Source: an uncultured Actinomycetota bacterium
Lineage (GTDB): Bacteria; Actinomycetota; Actinomycetes; Actinomycetales; Dermatophilaceae
NCBI GenBank assembly: GCA_963726295.1
Contig: CAVSBW010000009.1
Coordinates: 629-64,628 of the forward strand
DNA length: 64,000 nucleotides
Direction: 5' to 3'
The notes beneath the pieces were generated by a model. It saw only the letters and a list, made by a program, of their open reading frames with translations. It was not told where the DNA came from and searched no databases. Below are positions 1 through 10,081 of the stretch, in pieces. Numbering within the stretch: position 1 is the first letter of the stretch; the number at the start of each line of letters is the position of its first letter. The position numbers and the translations under genes are program-made.

Positions 1-320
1 GTCGCAGTTCGGGTGACGCTGACCCGGACCCCGGTGAGCACCCCGTCACCGCCGGCGGAAGCGACGAACGCCGACGCCGCGACCCGGCCCGCGGCGCTGG
101 AGGCACCGAGGGCGCCCGCGGCGCGGGAACCCTCCTCGGCCGCGGCGATCGCCACGGTCCGGCCGTGGTAGGTCAACGCGGCCTGCATTCCGAGGAACAT
201 CAACGCGAACATCGCCGGCATCAGCACGACCAGTTGGACCGCCGCCGAGCCACGCTCGGGTCTGCGGGCGCGCACCACCAGGCGCGTCCACCGGTGGCGG
301 GCGAGGTCGGCTGGGGTCAT
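1..320 (-). CDS. TadE-like pilus assembly protein (C-terminus runs off the window edge)
   Basis: My own minus-strand translation from ATG at 320 gives MTPADLARHRWTRLVVRARRPERGSAAVQLVVLMPAMFALMFLGMQAALTYHGRTVA... The ERGSAAV motif followed by a hydrophobic helix is the TadE/TadG-type N-terminus. It lies directly downstream of the flp-like gene. It is absent from the ORF track because no stop falls in the window. Confidence 0.5.
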   Translation of the reverse strand, partial: MTPADLARHRWTRLVVRARRPERGSAAVQLVVLMPAMFALMFLGMQAALTYHGRTVAIAAAEEGSRAAGALGASSAAGRVAASAFVASAGGDGVLTGVRVSVTRTA

Positions 321-324
321 CGGG

Positions 325-528
325 CTAGCGGATCTGGCCGACCTTGTTGGTGACGTACGCGGAGATGGCCGCGTAGACCAACCCGGCGAGGACGAGCAGG
401 GCGACGACCCAGAACACGACCTCGATGGTGCTGGCACCGTCCTCGTCGCGCAGCCGTTCGCGGCGGGAGGTCACGACGTCGCCGGCCTTGATGCCGACGG
501 TGTGCAGGGTGGCGATCAGGTAGTGCAT
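325..528 (-). CDS. flp: Flp-family prepilin (67 aa)
   Basis: Small ORF with a charged leader, then DG/ASTIEVVFWVVALLVLAGLVYAAI. This resembles the Flp G/xxxxE(Y/V) cleavage motif plus a hydrophobic helix. It sits between tadC and the TadE-like gene. Confidence 0.55.
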   Translation of the reverse strand: MHYLIATLHTVGIKAGDVVTSRRERLRDEDGASTIEVVFWVVALLVLAGLVYAAISAYVTNKVGQIR

Positions 529-571
529 CGGCGTGCCTTTCTCGTGGTGGTGCGTTGGAGTCGGGTGGAGT

Positions 572-1477
572 TCATGAGGCGTCCAGCAGGCGCAGCAGCG
601 GTGGCGCCATGAGCAGGGCGAGGAAGACCAGGCCGAGGATGGAGGCGGGGAAGTACATCCGCTCCTCGACCAGGCTGGCCCGGGCGAGTTCCTCGCTGAG
701 CAGAGCGGATCGGGCGGAGGCGCTGCGGGCCCGCAGCTGGCGGTAGACCTCGCTGCTCTCGTCGCTGGCCAGGCGCATGATGTCGGCGACGTCGGCCAGC
801 TCGGGCAGCGCCAGGTCGTCGGCGAGGGCGTTCAGGGCGTCCCACGGCGGCTGACCGTTGTAGCGGGATCGGGCGATCTCCTCGCCGATCTTGGCGAACA
901 TCCACGAGTCGCCGACCTCGGCCGCGGTCGCCAACGCCACCGATGCCCCGGCGCCGGAGTTGCGTTCCAGGGCGCACAGCTCGATGTAGGCGCTCAGGGC
1001 GCGGGCGAAGTTGCTGCGGGCTTCCTTGGCCTGGGCGGCGAGGTCGCGTGAGGGCATCACGAACAGCACCGCGGCCAGGACCAGCGATGCCCCGAACGGG
1101 ATGACGAACGGGACGTGGATGCCGATGAGGGTGAAGAACGTGCCCAGAAGGGGCGGCACAGCCAGCCCGAGCAGGGCGTAGAGGACCTTGCGCCCGTAGA
1201 ACTGGGCGGGGGTCTGCCGCATGACCGCGAGGTCGCGGGCCGGTGGTATCCCGAGCAGGCGGGCCGGCAGGGTCCGCTCGGCCCACATGCCCATCCGCTC
1301 CTCCATGCCGGGGGCGACGGTCGGGGCGACGGCGCCGGGTCGGCGTCGGGCGGGCGGGGCGAGCCGGTCGACCACGTCGCCCAGGTCCGGCTGGGCGGGG
1401 ACCAGGTAGTAGACGAGCCCCGCCAGGCCGATGCCGACGACGGCGCCGAGGATGATCGCCAGCTGCACCCCGGTCAT
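572..1477 (-). CDS. tadC: TadC-like type II secretion system F-family membrane protein
   Basis: In-frame part of ORF 572..2275 starting MTGVQLAIILGAVVGIGLAGLVYYLV (ATG 1477). It is a polytopic membrane protein. Its ATG overlaps the tadB stop as ATGA (1474-1477). Confidence 0.7.
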   Translation of the reverse strand: MTGVQLAIILGAVVGIGLAGLVYYLVPAQPDLGDVVDRLAPPARRRPGAVAPTVAPGMEERMGMWAERTLPARLLGIPPARDLAVMRQTPAQFYGRKVLYALLGLAVPPLLGTFFTLIGIHVPFVIPFGASLVLAAVLFVMPSRDLAAQAKEARSNFARALSAYIELCALERNSGAGASVALATAAEVGDSWMFAKIGEEIARSRYNGQPPWDALNALADDLALPELADVADIMRLASDESSEVYRQLRARSASARSALLSEELARASLVEERMYFPASILGLVFLALLMAPPLLRLLDAS

Positions 1478-2337
1478 CGCGCCGCCGCCCTCGCTTCGGG
1501 GCCGAGGAACCGTGGGAGGTCCTTGCCTTCGGCCATCTTCCGCATCCACAGCAGCCCGCCGGCGTAGGCGACCAGCAGCACCACGAGGATGACCTGACCG
1601 AGCGCGGTGCCATAAGGGGCGACGTAGTCGCCGGTGAACGCGAGCACCACGAGCACGCCGAGTGAGAACGCCGAGACCATCCGGGCTGTGCCGCGGGGCT
1701 TGGCCCGGCCGGCCTCGACCCGGCGGCGGGCGGCGACATCCTCGGAGACCGACTCGGCGACCCCGTGCAGCGCGCTGGCCAGGGACCGGTTGCGGCGGCG
1801 GGCGGCGAGGATGAGGTTGGCGGCGACCAGGTCGCCGGTCACGTCGTCGAGGTCGTCGGCGAACGCCCGCAGCGCGGTCTCGGTGTCCCAGCGCGCCCGC
1901 AGCCGTGCGACGAGCTGGGTGACCTCGGGGCGGATCGGGTCGGGCACGGAGCGCAGTGTCGCGGTCAGCGCCTGCTCCATCCCGATCCCTGCGCCGAGGA
2001 CCCCGGCCAGGGCGCGGGTCCACTCCTCCATCGCCTCGACCCGCCGGATCCGCTGCGCGGTCGGTGGCGCGGAGAGCAGGTAGGGCAGGCCGAGCCATGC
2101 CGAGGGGATGACCAGCACGAGGACGAGCCATCCGGTTACTGCCGCGGCCAGCCCCCCGATGAGGATCGAGGCGACCAGGTCGATCCGTTGCCGCCGGGAC
2201 AGGCCGGTGAGGCGGCGCGCCAGCGCCGACGGCCGCGGCTCGACCGGCGTCTCCGGTCGGGCCTGCAGCGCCCACAGCGCGCCGGTCAGGCCGGTGACGA
2301 TCAGGGCACCGAACAGCCCGGCGAGCAGCGGGGTCAC
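1474..2337 (-). CDS. tadB: TadB-like type II secretion system F-family membrane protein
   Basis: In-frame part of ORF 1474..2532 from GTG 2337 (VTPLLAGLFGALIVTGLTGALWAL...). GTGA overlap with the ATPase stop (2334-2337). Membrane helices at both ends. Confidence 0.7.
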   Translation of the reverse strand: MTPLLAGLFGALIVTGLTGALWALQARPETPVEPRPSALARRLTGLSRRQRIDLVASILIGGLAAAVTGWLVLVLVIPSAWLGLPYLLSAPPTAQRIRRVEAMEEWTRALAGVLGAGIGMEQALTATLRSVPDPIRPEVTQLVARLRARWDTETALRAFADDLDDVTGDLVAANLILAARRRNRSLASALHGVAESVSEDVAARRRVEAGRAKPRGTARMVSAFSLGVLVVLAFTGDYVAPYGTALGQVILVVLLVAYAGGLLWMRKMAEGKDLPRFLGPEARAAAR

Positions 2338-3935
2338 GGCCGCCACCCCCGCCCGTCGGCCTCCGCCTGGTACAGGTCGGGGTCGAACCCGAACGCCTCG
2401 AGGGCCTTGGCGTGCTCGGGCAGGATGCCGGTGGCCTGGGCCGGCCCGTCGTGGGAGGGGCCGAAGATGTAGGTCAGGGCGTACCCCTTCTCCCGCTCCC
2501 CCGGCTCGACCACGGCGATCTCGCTGACCCATCGGCGCAGGATCTGGGTGCCGTCGGGCTGGTAGTCGATGCGCCGGTGAAGCTGCACGACGAGGTTCAG
2601 GCAGCCGGCCAGCTTCTCCACAGCCAGGTCACGGCTGACGTGGGAGCCGGCCTCCATCGCGCAGGTGACGAGCTTGCGGATGCAGGCCTCGGCGTTCGCG
2701 GCGTGGGTCGTGGACAGCGAGCCGGTGCCGGACTCCATCGCCTTGATCATCGTCCACACCTCCGGTCCGCGGATCTCGCCGACGATCTGGCGGGAGAGGG
2801 CGAACCGGAAGCTGTCGCTGAGAGCGTCAGAGAGCTCGAACGCTCCGGCGGCGCGGCCACTGGCGTCGACCTCGCCGACACCGGGGCGAGACTCCCAGTC
2901 GATGACGATCTCGTGTCTGCCCGACTCCTCGAGGAACAGCTCGTACTCGGTCTCGAAGGTGCCGATCGCCTCGTCACGGGGGATCTCCGAGCACAGCGCC
3001 CGCATCAAGGTGGTCTTGCCGGCCGACATGGGCCCCGAGACCGCGACGCTCCATGCGGCCCGCACCGCCGCGCCGAGGAGGTTCGCCGCCGCCGGGGAGA
3101 GGCACCCGCGGTCCACCCACCCCTCGAGGCTGTCCACCCGCAGCCGGTGCCGGCGGATGACGACGGTGGGCTTGGAGGTCACCCACGCGGTCGCCGCCAG
3201 CCGGGCACCACCGTCGAGCTTGAGGTGCAGCCGTGGGGTGCTCTCGGAGAACGGCCTTGGGTTCGACTCCGAGCGGTTGGCCAGGAAGCGCAGGAAGTCC
3301 AGCAGCTCGTCGTCGCTGTCCGCCACCGGCGGCCCGGTGATCCGCGAGCCGTCGGTGAGCTCGAGGAGGACCTGATGGTGGCCCAGGATGAAGATGTTCT
3401 CCACACGGTCGTCGTCGACTAGGGGCTGGAGGCGGCCCAACCGGAAGACCGCGTTGAAGGTGGCTTGCTCCATCAGCGCCTGCTCGCGCGGGGTCCACGC
3501 CTCCGCCCCGGTGGCGACCGCGTCGGCGGTGTGGTCGCGCACCAGCTCGTGGATCGCGGTTCGTCCGAAGGCCTCCTGCTCCTGGCGGGTCATCGCGGCG
3601 CGGGCCACGGCCGCTGGCTCTCCGTCGGTCGGGACGGAGCGGCTGTGCCAGTCCCCGCCGAGGGCTTGCGCGAGGCGGTTGGCAACCAACGTGCGGAACG
3701 CCGCGACCAGGCCCCAGTCGACTCCGGCCTGCTCCCCCAGGTGGTCGACGACCTCCACGGGCGGCAGCGGCGCGTGCCGGCGGCGCACCGCGTCGAGGTC
3801 CACCGGTGGTTGGTCGCTCGAGCCGGGAGTCATCGAGAACGTGCCCCGCACCCGGCCTCGACGCTCAGTGGCCGGCCGGAAGAACGGGATGTCGGTGGGG
3901 TCGATCGGGGATGGTTCGGGCTTCTCGATGCTCAT
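2334..3935 (-). CDS. tadA: CpaF/TadA family secretion ATPase
   Basis: In-frame part of ORF 2334..4442 from ATG 3935 (MSIEKPEPSPID...). Walker A VSGPMSAGKTTLMRAL and VGEIRGPEVWTMIKAMESGTGSLSTTHA are typical of the VirB11/CpaF family. ATGA overlap with the upstream gene (3932-3935). Confidence 0.85.
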   Translation of the reverse strand: MSIEKPEPSPIDPTDIPFFRPATERRGRVRGTFSMTPGSSDQPPVDLDAVRRRHAPLPPVEVVDHLGEQAGVDWGLVAAFRTLVANRLAQALGGDWHSRSVPTDGEPAAVARAAMTRQEQEAFGRTAIHELVRDHTADAVATGAEAWTPREQALMEQATFNAVFRLGRLQPLVDDDRVENIFILGHHQVLLELTDGSRITGPPVADSDDELLDFLRFLANRSESNPRPFSESTPRLHLKLDGGARLAATAWVTSKPTVVIRRHRLRVDSLEGWVDRGCLSPAAANLLGAAVRAAWSVAVSGPMSAGKTTLMRALCSEIPRDEAIGTFETEYELFLEESGRHEIVIDWESRPGVGEVDASGRAAGAFELSDALSDSFRFALSRQIVGEIRGPEVWTMIKAMESGTGSLSTTHAANAEACIRKLVTCAMEAGSHVSRDLAVEKLAGCLNLVVQLHRRIDYQPDGTQILRRWVSEIAVVEPGEREKGYALTYIFGPSHDGPAQATGILPEHAKALEAFGFDPDLYQAEADGRGWRP

Positions 3936-4753
3936 GCCGGACCCCCCGCGGTCGCTGCCAGCCGTTCCTCGTTCGCCCGGATGACCCCGGTGATCGCGCT
4001 GCGGGTGGACCGCAGCGACCGGTTCAGTGGCCTGTCCGCCCAGTGGCCGCGGCCGGTGGCCCGCTCCCGCAGTGTCGCCTTCGGCACGTCCTTGCCCTCG
4101 GAGATCACCGCCGCGGAGACCGGGTCCCACATCACCCTCGCCACGGTCGGAAGTTGGAGCACCCTGGTGATCTCGCGGGCGGTGTACGGCTCCTTCTCCC
4201 CCACCAGCAGCAGCCCCAGCGACGCCGCCGCCCCGGCCTGCTCGAACTTCTCCCGCAGGGTGTTTGCCCAGGACACCGCAGCCGCCAGCGTCGGCAGCTC
4301 GGTGCGGGTGACCAGCAGCATCAGGTCCGCCCCGTACACCAGCGGCTCCGGCCACCCGTACAACCCGAGCCGACCGGCATCCACGATCACGTCCTGCCCG
4401 GTCTCCTCCAGCGAGCGCAGCACCGCGAGCAGCGGGTCCCACAGCGCCAGCAGGCTGCGGGCCTGGTCGTGAGACTTGGCCCCCGGCACCACCCGCGCCC
4501 GACTCTGCGGGAGGTCGATCGAGACCTGAGACAGCGTCTCGCGCAGCCGGTCGTCGAAGTGGGCGTTCACCAGGTCGGTCATCGCGTTCGGCGGCTCGAC
4601 CTGCCCCCGCAGATACCCCGAAGCGACCGCGGACGCGCCCGTCGGGTCGGCCTCGACCAGCAGCACGGGCCGGGGCCAGCCCAGCGCCAGCCCGAGTGCG
4701 GTAGTGCTCACCCCCGGCGACCCGGACGCCGAACCCAGCACGATCAACGACAT
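3932..4753 (-). CDS. ParA/MinD-fold TadZ/CpaE-like pilus localisation protein with deviant P-loop
   Basis: MSLIVLGSASGSPGVSTTALGLALGW... has a ParA-like N-terminus but no P-loop lysine (GSPGVSTTA). Position between the CpaB-like gene and tadA. Confidence 0.6.
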   Translation of the reverse strand: MSLIVLGSASGSPGVSTTALGLALGWPRPVLLVEADPTGASAVASGYLRGQVEPPNAMTDLVNAHFDDRLRETLSQVSIDLPQSRARVVPGAKSHDQARSLLALWDPLLAVLRSLEETGQDVIVDAGRLGLYGWPEPLVYGADLMLLVTRTELPTLAAAVSWANTLREKFEQAGAAASLGLLLVGEKEPYTAREITRVLQLPTVARVMWDPVSAAVISEGKDVPKATLRERATGRGHWADRPLNRSLRSTRSAITGVIRANEERLAATAGGPA

Positions 4754-4754
4754 C

Positions 4755-5450
4755 TCAGCGGTCCCTGGAGTCCAGGACTACGGCGACCTGCCCCGTGCCG
4801 GCCATCTCCGCGAGCTTCTCGGCGTCACCGGAGGGGACCTGAACGGTCACCACGGTGGGCGCGCCCTGCCCGGTGACGTCCTCCCCGGTCTGGGCGGACA
4901 CCACCACACCCTCGACCGACACCGCGGTGGTTGCGGCGAGGTCGTCCACCTGGGCTGGGGTCGCCACGACCCGCACCTTGTCCCCGGCCAGCAGCGGCGT
5001 GCCCGGGGTCATCCCGGGCGGGACCGGCACCCCCACCAACGAGTAGCCGCTGCCGGGCAGGTTCTCCGCAGTGGTCGATGCCGGAGTCAGCAGGGAGCCG
5101 GCCGCAACGTCCACTGCAGCCCGCTGGCCGACCATCGACACCAGCTGCGTGGCCGGGACGGTTCGCAGACCCGGGTCGCCGCCGATCTGCACGGTCATCA
5201 AGTCCTCCTGGGTGATGACCTGACCGCGCTCGATCGCGTAGCGCGCTGCGACCACCGCCGTCGAGCTCGTCGACATCGAGACCAGCCACACGTTGCCCAG
5301 CACGCCGACGCAAACCAGCATCGCCATCGCCCCGAGCAGCCCCCACCGGCGGCGCGCCTTCGGCGGCGCCGGGACCGCTGTCCCCTCCGGCTGGTCTGGC
5401 GGGACGACGGTGCCCCGCCGTGGCGTCTCGTGTCGCAGGGTCGTCGTCAT
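4755..5450 (-). CDS. CpaB/RcpC-like SAF-domain pilus assembly protein
   Basis: 231-aa ORF with an N-terminal TM helix (WGLLGAMAMLVCVGVLGNVWLV) followed by a beta-rich domain. Conserved position upstream of the tadZ-like gene. Confidence 0.55.
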   Translation of the reverse strand: MTTTLRHETPRRGTVVPPDQPEGTAVPAPPKARRRWGLLGAMAMLVCVGVLGNVWLVSMSTSSTAVVAARYAIERGQVITQEDLMTVQIGGDPGLRTVPATQLVSMVGQRAAVDVAAGSLLTPASTTAENLPGSGYSLVGVPVPPGMTPGTPLLAGDKVRVVATPAQVDDLAATTAVSVEGVVVSAQTGEDVTGQGAPTVVTVQVPSGDAEKLAEMAGTGQVAVVLDSRDR

Positions 5451-5466
5451 CGCCAGCTCCTCGTCC

Positions 5467-6414
5467 TCACTTGACCAGCACCTGCACTTCGCCGACGGCG
5501 ATCTGGGCGGTGCGCGAGAGGGTGACCGGGATGCTCCCGCTCTGCCCGATTCCGGACCAGTCCACGCTCCAGTAGGACCTCGCCGTGACCGTGTAGCGGC
5601 CTTGGCGGGTGTAGGTGTACCCGCACGTCGGGGATGACTGCTTGCCGTAGCTGTCCTGATACTGCGTGCCGGCCCCGGTGCAGGTCACGCTCTGGCCGTC
5701 CCCCATGTCCCACACGATCTTCCGCAGCCAACCCGTTGCCGTCACCGTGTAGCCGCCGGCCCTGACCGAGCGGGTGATCGGGCCGGTCGTCGACGCGCCG
5801 GGGTCTGCGACCCACATCCAGGTCGGCATCCCCACGAGCCCGACCCGCCCGGGCGCCGACTCCGGGACGATCCCGATGGCCCCGGCCCTGAGGTTCATCC
5901 GCGCCAGCGCGGTGCGCGCCAAGGCCCGCGGATCCGGCGGCGCCCCCGCCGGAGGCTGCGCCAGCCACACGTAGAACACCGCGGCCGCGATCGCACCGAC
6001 GTTGATCGGGCGTGTGCACTCGTAGATCTGGCCGTCGGTGTGCCCCTCCCAGGCAGGGTCGTCCGCAGGCGGCTGGGGGGAAGCTGCCTTGCAGTACGCC
6101 TGCTGCGACTGCGACCACCAGCCGGTGTCGTTCGAACAGGGGACTTCCTTCTTCTTGCCACCCAAGGTGTAGGTGCACTTGGCGGGCTCCGAGCTCCCGC
6201 CACCCCCTGCGGCGCCCCCTCCCCCGGTGCCCCCACCACCACCAGGCGGTGGGGGCGCGGTGATGGCGAGGACGCAAGCCTGTGCGCGCGGGTCGTAGTG
6301 CTGATCGGGCGGACAAGTGACTTGCCCCGGGGGTGTATCAGCGACAGTCGCTCCCATGCCCCCAAGGCTGAGTAATGCCGCGAACAGCGAGGTCGCCACC
6401 GCCCGAGTCAGCAT
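5467..6414 (-). CDS. Secreted protein of unknown function (signal peptide, Gly/Pro-rich linker, Cys-rich)
   Basis: 315-aa ORF. N-terminus MLTRAVATSLFAALLSLGGMGATVA is signal-peptide-like. It overlaps the upstream lipoprotein gene by 7 nt, so it is probably in the same operon as the tad genes. Confidence 0.5.
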   Translation of the reverse strand: MLTRAVATSLFAALLSLGGMGATVADTPPGQVTCPPDQHYDPRAQACVLAITAPPPPGGGGGTGGGGAAGGGGSSEPAKCTYTLGGKKKEVPCSNDTGWWSQSQQAYCKAASPQPPADDPAWEGHTDGQIYECTRPINVGAIAAAVFYVWLAQPPAGAPPDPRALARTALARMNLRAGAIGIVPESAPGRVGLVGMPTWMWVADPGASTTGPITRSVRAGGYTVTATGWLRKIVWDMGDGQSVTCTGAGTQYQDSYGKQSSPTCGYTYTRQGRYTVTARSYWSVDWSGIGQSGSIPVTLSRTAQIAVGEVQVLVK

Positions 6415-6983
6415 GGCTCGATGGCCTTCTGCCCAGTTACGTAAAGGACCTGCCCGTCCATGGTCACGGTGTAGCGGAACTTCACGCGGTTGGGTCCGTC
6501 CGCGTTGCGCACGGACTCACCGTTCTTGTCGACCAAGTCCACCGTGGTGCCGTCCTGGCAGACCATCACGACCCAGTCGCCGGACTTGTTCGTGCCGGAG
6601 GAGAGGACCTCGAGGGTGAACTTGCCGGTCTGGGTCCAGTCGTTCTCCCGGTATCTCGTCAGGTCGCTGTAGGTCTGGTTGAGGGCGTCATCGCGGGCGT
6701 ACTGGTACAGCTTGCTGAGGTCCAGGTCCGGGTTGGCGCCGAACCGGTCGACGACGGCCACCCAGTTCTCCACCGCGTCGGCAGCCGCCTGAGCGTCCTT
6801 GTTCAGCGTCGACGCGCTGTCCGACGGCGTCGGAGTCGCCGAGGATGGCGTGGGGCTCGAGCTCGGGGTCGAGGGCGGCGGCGTCTGATCGGTGCCGGGG
6901 GAGTCGGTGCACGCCGACAGCAGCAGCCCCGCCGCGATGACGGCGAGAGCCGCCTGCCTGACCCCCAACGAGACACCCGCCAC
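6408..6983 (-). CDS. Lipoprotein of unknown function
   Basis: 191-aa ORF (GTG start) with lipobox LLLSAC followed by a Pro/Ser/Thr-rich linker. Confidence 0.55.
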   Translation of the reverse strand: MAGVSLGVRQAALAVIAAGLLLSACTDSPGTDQTPPPSTPSSSPTPSSATPTPSDSASTLNKDAQAAADAVENWVAVVDRFGANPDLDLSKLYQYARDDALNQTYSDLTRYRENDWTQTGKFTLEVLSSGTNKSGDWVVMVCQDGTTVDLVDKNGESVRNADGPNRVKFRYTVTMDGQVLYVTGQKAIEPC

Positions 6984-7171
6984 GTTGATCCCCTCCGGTG
7001 TGTTCCCCGCTACCGTAGCGATCTTTTCACACTAGTGGCAAGCGATCACCCGTCGTATGTGCAGACGCATCCCCGCTGCCAGTCGTGCGATACCCCGCGC
7101 CCGCCTCCCCTCGCTGGCGCAACCGACACCTGCGCGCCCCGGTTGTGCTCTACGGACGCAGTGTGACGCAC

Positions 7172-7606
7172 CTACTGCTCGGCCGCGACTTGTGCGGTAC
7201 GCAGCGCTTCCGGCCCGACGCCGAGGACCTCGGCCAGGCTCTGCGCCACTTGCGGCGACAGACTCGCCGGCAGCCCGTTTCTCTCCCAGCGCCGCACCGT
7301 CGGCGGCGGTGTGTCCGCGGCCTCTGCCACCTCATCCAAGGTCACCCCGGCCGAGAACCGCAGCCAGCGCAGGTCAACCTGCGGTGACGGATCGTCCCGT
7401 AGGAGCGCGCTCGGGCGGACGTGACATGCGCGTGCGACGCGGTGCAGCAACTCCGGTGTGCGCGGCGAGGATACGCCACGTTCCCATTCCGAAATCCGCT
7501 CTCCCCCAGCCAAACCGACCGAAACCGCGAGCTGTGCCTGAGTCAACCCGGCGGCCTCCCTGGCCGCCCGCAGCTTCTCGCCGCTGAGAACTTGTTCACT
7601 CGGCAT
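7172..7606 (-). CDS. XRE-family helix-turn-helix transcriptional regulator (two HTH-like halves)
   Basis: In-frame part of ORF 7172..7744 from ATG 7606: MPSEQVLSGEKLRAAREAAGLTQAQLAVSVGLAGGERISEWERG... A second segment is LRFSAGVTLDEVAEAADTPPPTVRRWERNG. Confidence 0.7.
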   Translation of the reverse strand: MPSEQVLSGEKLRAAREAAGLTQAQLAVSVGLAGGERISEWERGVSSPRTPELLHRVARACHVRPSALLRDDPSPQVDLRWLRFSAGVTLDEVAEAADTPPPTVRRWERNGLPASLSPQVAQSLAEVLGVGPEALRTAQVAAEQ

Positions 7607-7946
7607 GATGCCCACACTGTAGAGCTCCCGCCAGGCCCGGACGCGAGATCCGATCGCAGTCGGCTGGCGCCGTGGCAGCGTCCCACCACGCGGCGCTCGA
7701 GCGCATGGGCCGGACTCCTTCAGCGGGGTTGCAGCGGGTCGCACCCAGCCCCAGCGATGGCTTGAGCGGCTCAGCGTTGAGGCACCTCTGCACCAGGTGC
7801 GGCCCGCGAGTGCCTCGTCATGACCGCGTGTCCGGCAGCTCCAGAGACCTTCTTCCGAGCTTCTTGGTCGAAGTGACTCCTCAGCAGCCCCGAAGTCGGT
7901 CTAGGTGCGGTGAAGGGGTACCCCTCTGGACGGAAAGGGCAGCGCC

Positions 7947-8942
7947 ATGGGTCGCGAGCCGACGGGCGTACAGGGGATGCGCGAGGCGGGCTCTGCGATG
8001 CCGAACCGCTTCGGGACACATCTCGACGGCGAGGAGGCTCCGGCGACGGATCGGGCCTGGCGGCCCACTGCCCCGCCGCCCGGCGGAGGATCTGCCGACC
8101 GGGGCGGCCAGCGGCGACCCGCCAGGCCCCACTCACGCCGGATGTGGGAAGTCGGGTACGCCCGTGATCGCGACGCGGGGCGCCCCCGCTACGTCGACGC
8201 CTCGCGCACCCGCCGCCGGCTGGTGCGTCTGGTCGAGGCCGGGATGCCGGTACGCACCCTGGCCCGGGTATGCCGGGTCAGTGACACCGGCCTCGGGCTG
8301 ATCCTCGCCGGTGAGCGGACCTGGGTGCAGACGCGGACCGCCAAGGCAGTGGCCGAGGTGACGTTGGCGCGGGTGTACGCCTCGCAGACCACCGGGCACC
8401 TTCCCCGCATCGGCGCGGTCCGCCGAGTCGAGGCGCTCCTCGCACTCGGATGGCCGCATCCGGCCCTGGCCGCCGCCGGCGTCCCGCACACGGCGCAGCT
8501 GCTGGCCGCGACCGACCGAAACCTCATCACCGCCCAGCGGTGGCGGGCGATCGCCGCCGTGTACGACCGGTTGAGCATGACCCAGGGGCCGTCGGCCAGG
8601 ACCCTCAACGCCGCGCGCGACCGGGGGTACGCCCCGCCGCTGGCGTGGGACGAGGACGCCATCGACGACCCGCACGCCCAGCCGTGCGGAGTGGGGCACG
8701 ACCAGAGCGACGCGCAGGTGATGGACCTGGTGGCGGTCCGCCGCGCGCTCAGCGGGGAGGCACCCAGCCCCGCCCTGGCTCGGCCCGAACGCAAGCGGGT
8801 GGTCGAGGCTCTCGCCGGCGCCGGCTTCAATGACACCGAGATCGCCACCCGGGTCGGCGCATCCACTCGCACGATCCAGCGGGTGCGACACGAGCGCTCC
8901 GCCGGGGCGACGACGCGGCGGGCGCTGGGGGTGGCCAGATGA
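7947..8942 (+). CDS. Hypothetical protein with putative HTH segments (start uncertain; ATG 8142 is an alternative)
   Basis: 331-aa ORF. The C-terminus ALAGAGFNDTEIATRVGASTRTIQRVRHER looks like an HTH. I recognise no family. Confidence 0.4.
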   Translation: MGREPTGVQGMREAGSAMPNRFGTHLDGEEAPATDRAWRPTAPPPGGGSADRGGQRRPARPHSRRMWEVGYARDRDAGRPRYVDASRTRRRLVRLVEAGMPVRTLARVCRVSDTGLGLILAGERTWVQTRTAKAVAEVTLARVYASQTTGHLPRIGAVRRVEALLALGWPHPALAAAGVPHTAQLLAATDRNLITAQRWRAIAAVYDRLSMTQGPSARTLNAARDRGYAPPLAWDEDAIDDPHAQPCGVGHDQSDAQVMDLVAVRRALSGEAPSPALARPERKRVVEALAGAGFNDTEIATRVGASTRTIQRVRHERSAGATTRRALGVAR

Positions 8943-9136
8943 CCACGGCGGCCGAAGCCACTCCCCCGCCGAACCCCCAAGGGGGAAGCGACGTTGTTCG
9001 CGTTCTGGTATCCCACGCCCTTGCGCTGCCTCTGACAGGACCGGTCGGCCCAGGCGGCCCGGGACCGGGCCGCCGCGGTCGCGGCCGGGTACGTCGCCGA
9101 GGGGCCTCCGTGCGGGCCGGCGTGGTTGTGCCCGGG

Positions 9137-10081
9137 TCAGCTACGGACCAGGCGCAGCGCGGCGCGCCCGGGAACCGCCGCGCGTGCTGTGGGGGCGGGG
9201 CGCGAAGGGGCCGCAGCGCTCTGGCAGTCGGCGAGGAACTGGTTGTGCGCCCGCGTGAGTCGCCGCAGATGAGCCAGCCGTTCGGGGGTCGCAGCCCAGC
9301 GCCGCCGGTAGGCGATCAGGGCCGGCCCGAACCCGGCCCTGATCGCACCCTGCTCCCCCGCCCAGGTCATCGACTGCGTCCAGCCCCGATGCCACCGGGG
9401 GACCAGGCAGGTCAGTGCCTGCATCGTGCCGGCGCCCGCGGCCAGCCAGAGGTCTCCTTGCTGGACGGAGTGGAGGACGGTCGCCGTCATGACCAGATGC
9501 CGCATGTGCCACAACGCTTGGCCCCTGCCGCGCAGCGGGGTGAGCGCGATGTGGACGAGCAGGCCAGCCAGGTCCCACGGCAGAGTGAACAGCTCGAGCG
9601 CGAACTGGCGGCGGGTCCACCCGTCGCGCACCTGCGCGGCCGAGACCGCGAGCAAGGCAGTCACCTCCTCGGCGCCGACCCGGCCGGCGCGGTAGGCGAA
9701 GAGCAACCCGGTGGTCAGGGTCATGGTGCGCCGGCCCATCGCCGCGGTCTGCCACGTGGGTCCAGGGACCACACGCAGCGTGATTCGCGGTGGGCCGAGC
9801 CCGACGCCGGACAGGGCGGCCAGCACCGGGGCGAGGTCCTCGGCTTCGTCGAGGCGCAGAGGCCGGCTCCACCCGAGCAGGCGCGCCCCGAGTGGCTCGA
9901 GGCCCCCGAACACGAGGACCAGGCCGAGGAGGGTCCACAGCGCGGTCAGTGCAAGCCAGTAGGTCGCCGGGGTGAGCCCGCCGGCGACGATCCAGAGCAG
10001 GACGCTGACCGTCAGCGGCACCCACGTCGCCGCGACCCGGCGGACCCATCGCGGGGTGCGGGCAGAGATCCACTCGCGCAT
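9137..10081 (-). CDS. Hypothetical integral membrane protein
   Basis: In-frame part of ORF 9137..10663 from ATG 10081 (MREWISARTPRWVRRVAATWVPLTVSVLLWIVAGGLTPATYWLALTALWTLLGLVLVFGG...). Several hydrophobic helices. Confidence 0.45.
   Translation of the reverse strand: MREWISARTPRWVRRVAATWVPLTVSVLLWIVAGGLTPATYWLALTALWTLLGLVLVFGGLEPLGARLLGWSRPLRLDEAEDLAPVLAALSGVGLGPPRITLRVVPGPTWQTAAMGRRTMTLTTGLLFAYRAGRVGAEEVTALLAVSAAQVRDGWTRRQFALELFTLPWDLAGLLVHIALTPLRGRGQALWHMRHLVMTATVLHSVQQGDLWLAAGAGTMQALTCLVPRWHRGWTQSMTWAGEQGAIRAGFGPALIAYRRRWAATPERLAHLRRLTRAHNQFLADCQSAAAPSRPAPTARAAVPGRAALRLVRS

Noticed and set aside
516-2275. Overlapping ORFs across the tad genes (516..1739, 1115..1567, 1634..2083, 1765..2472, etc.)
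   Set aside because: They are off-frame or antisense to genes with clear membrane-protein or ATPase signatures. Their composition is Arg/Pro-rich.
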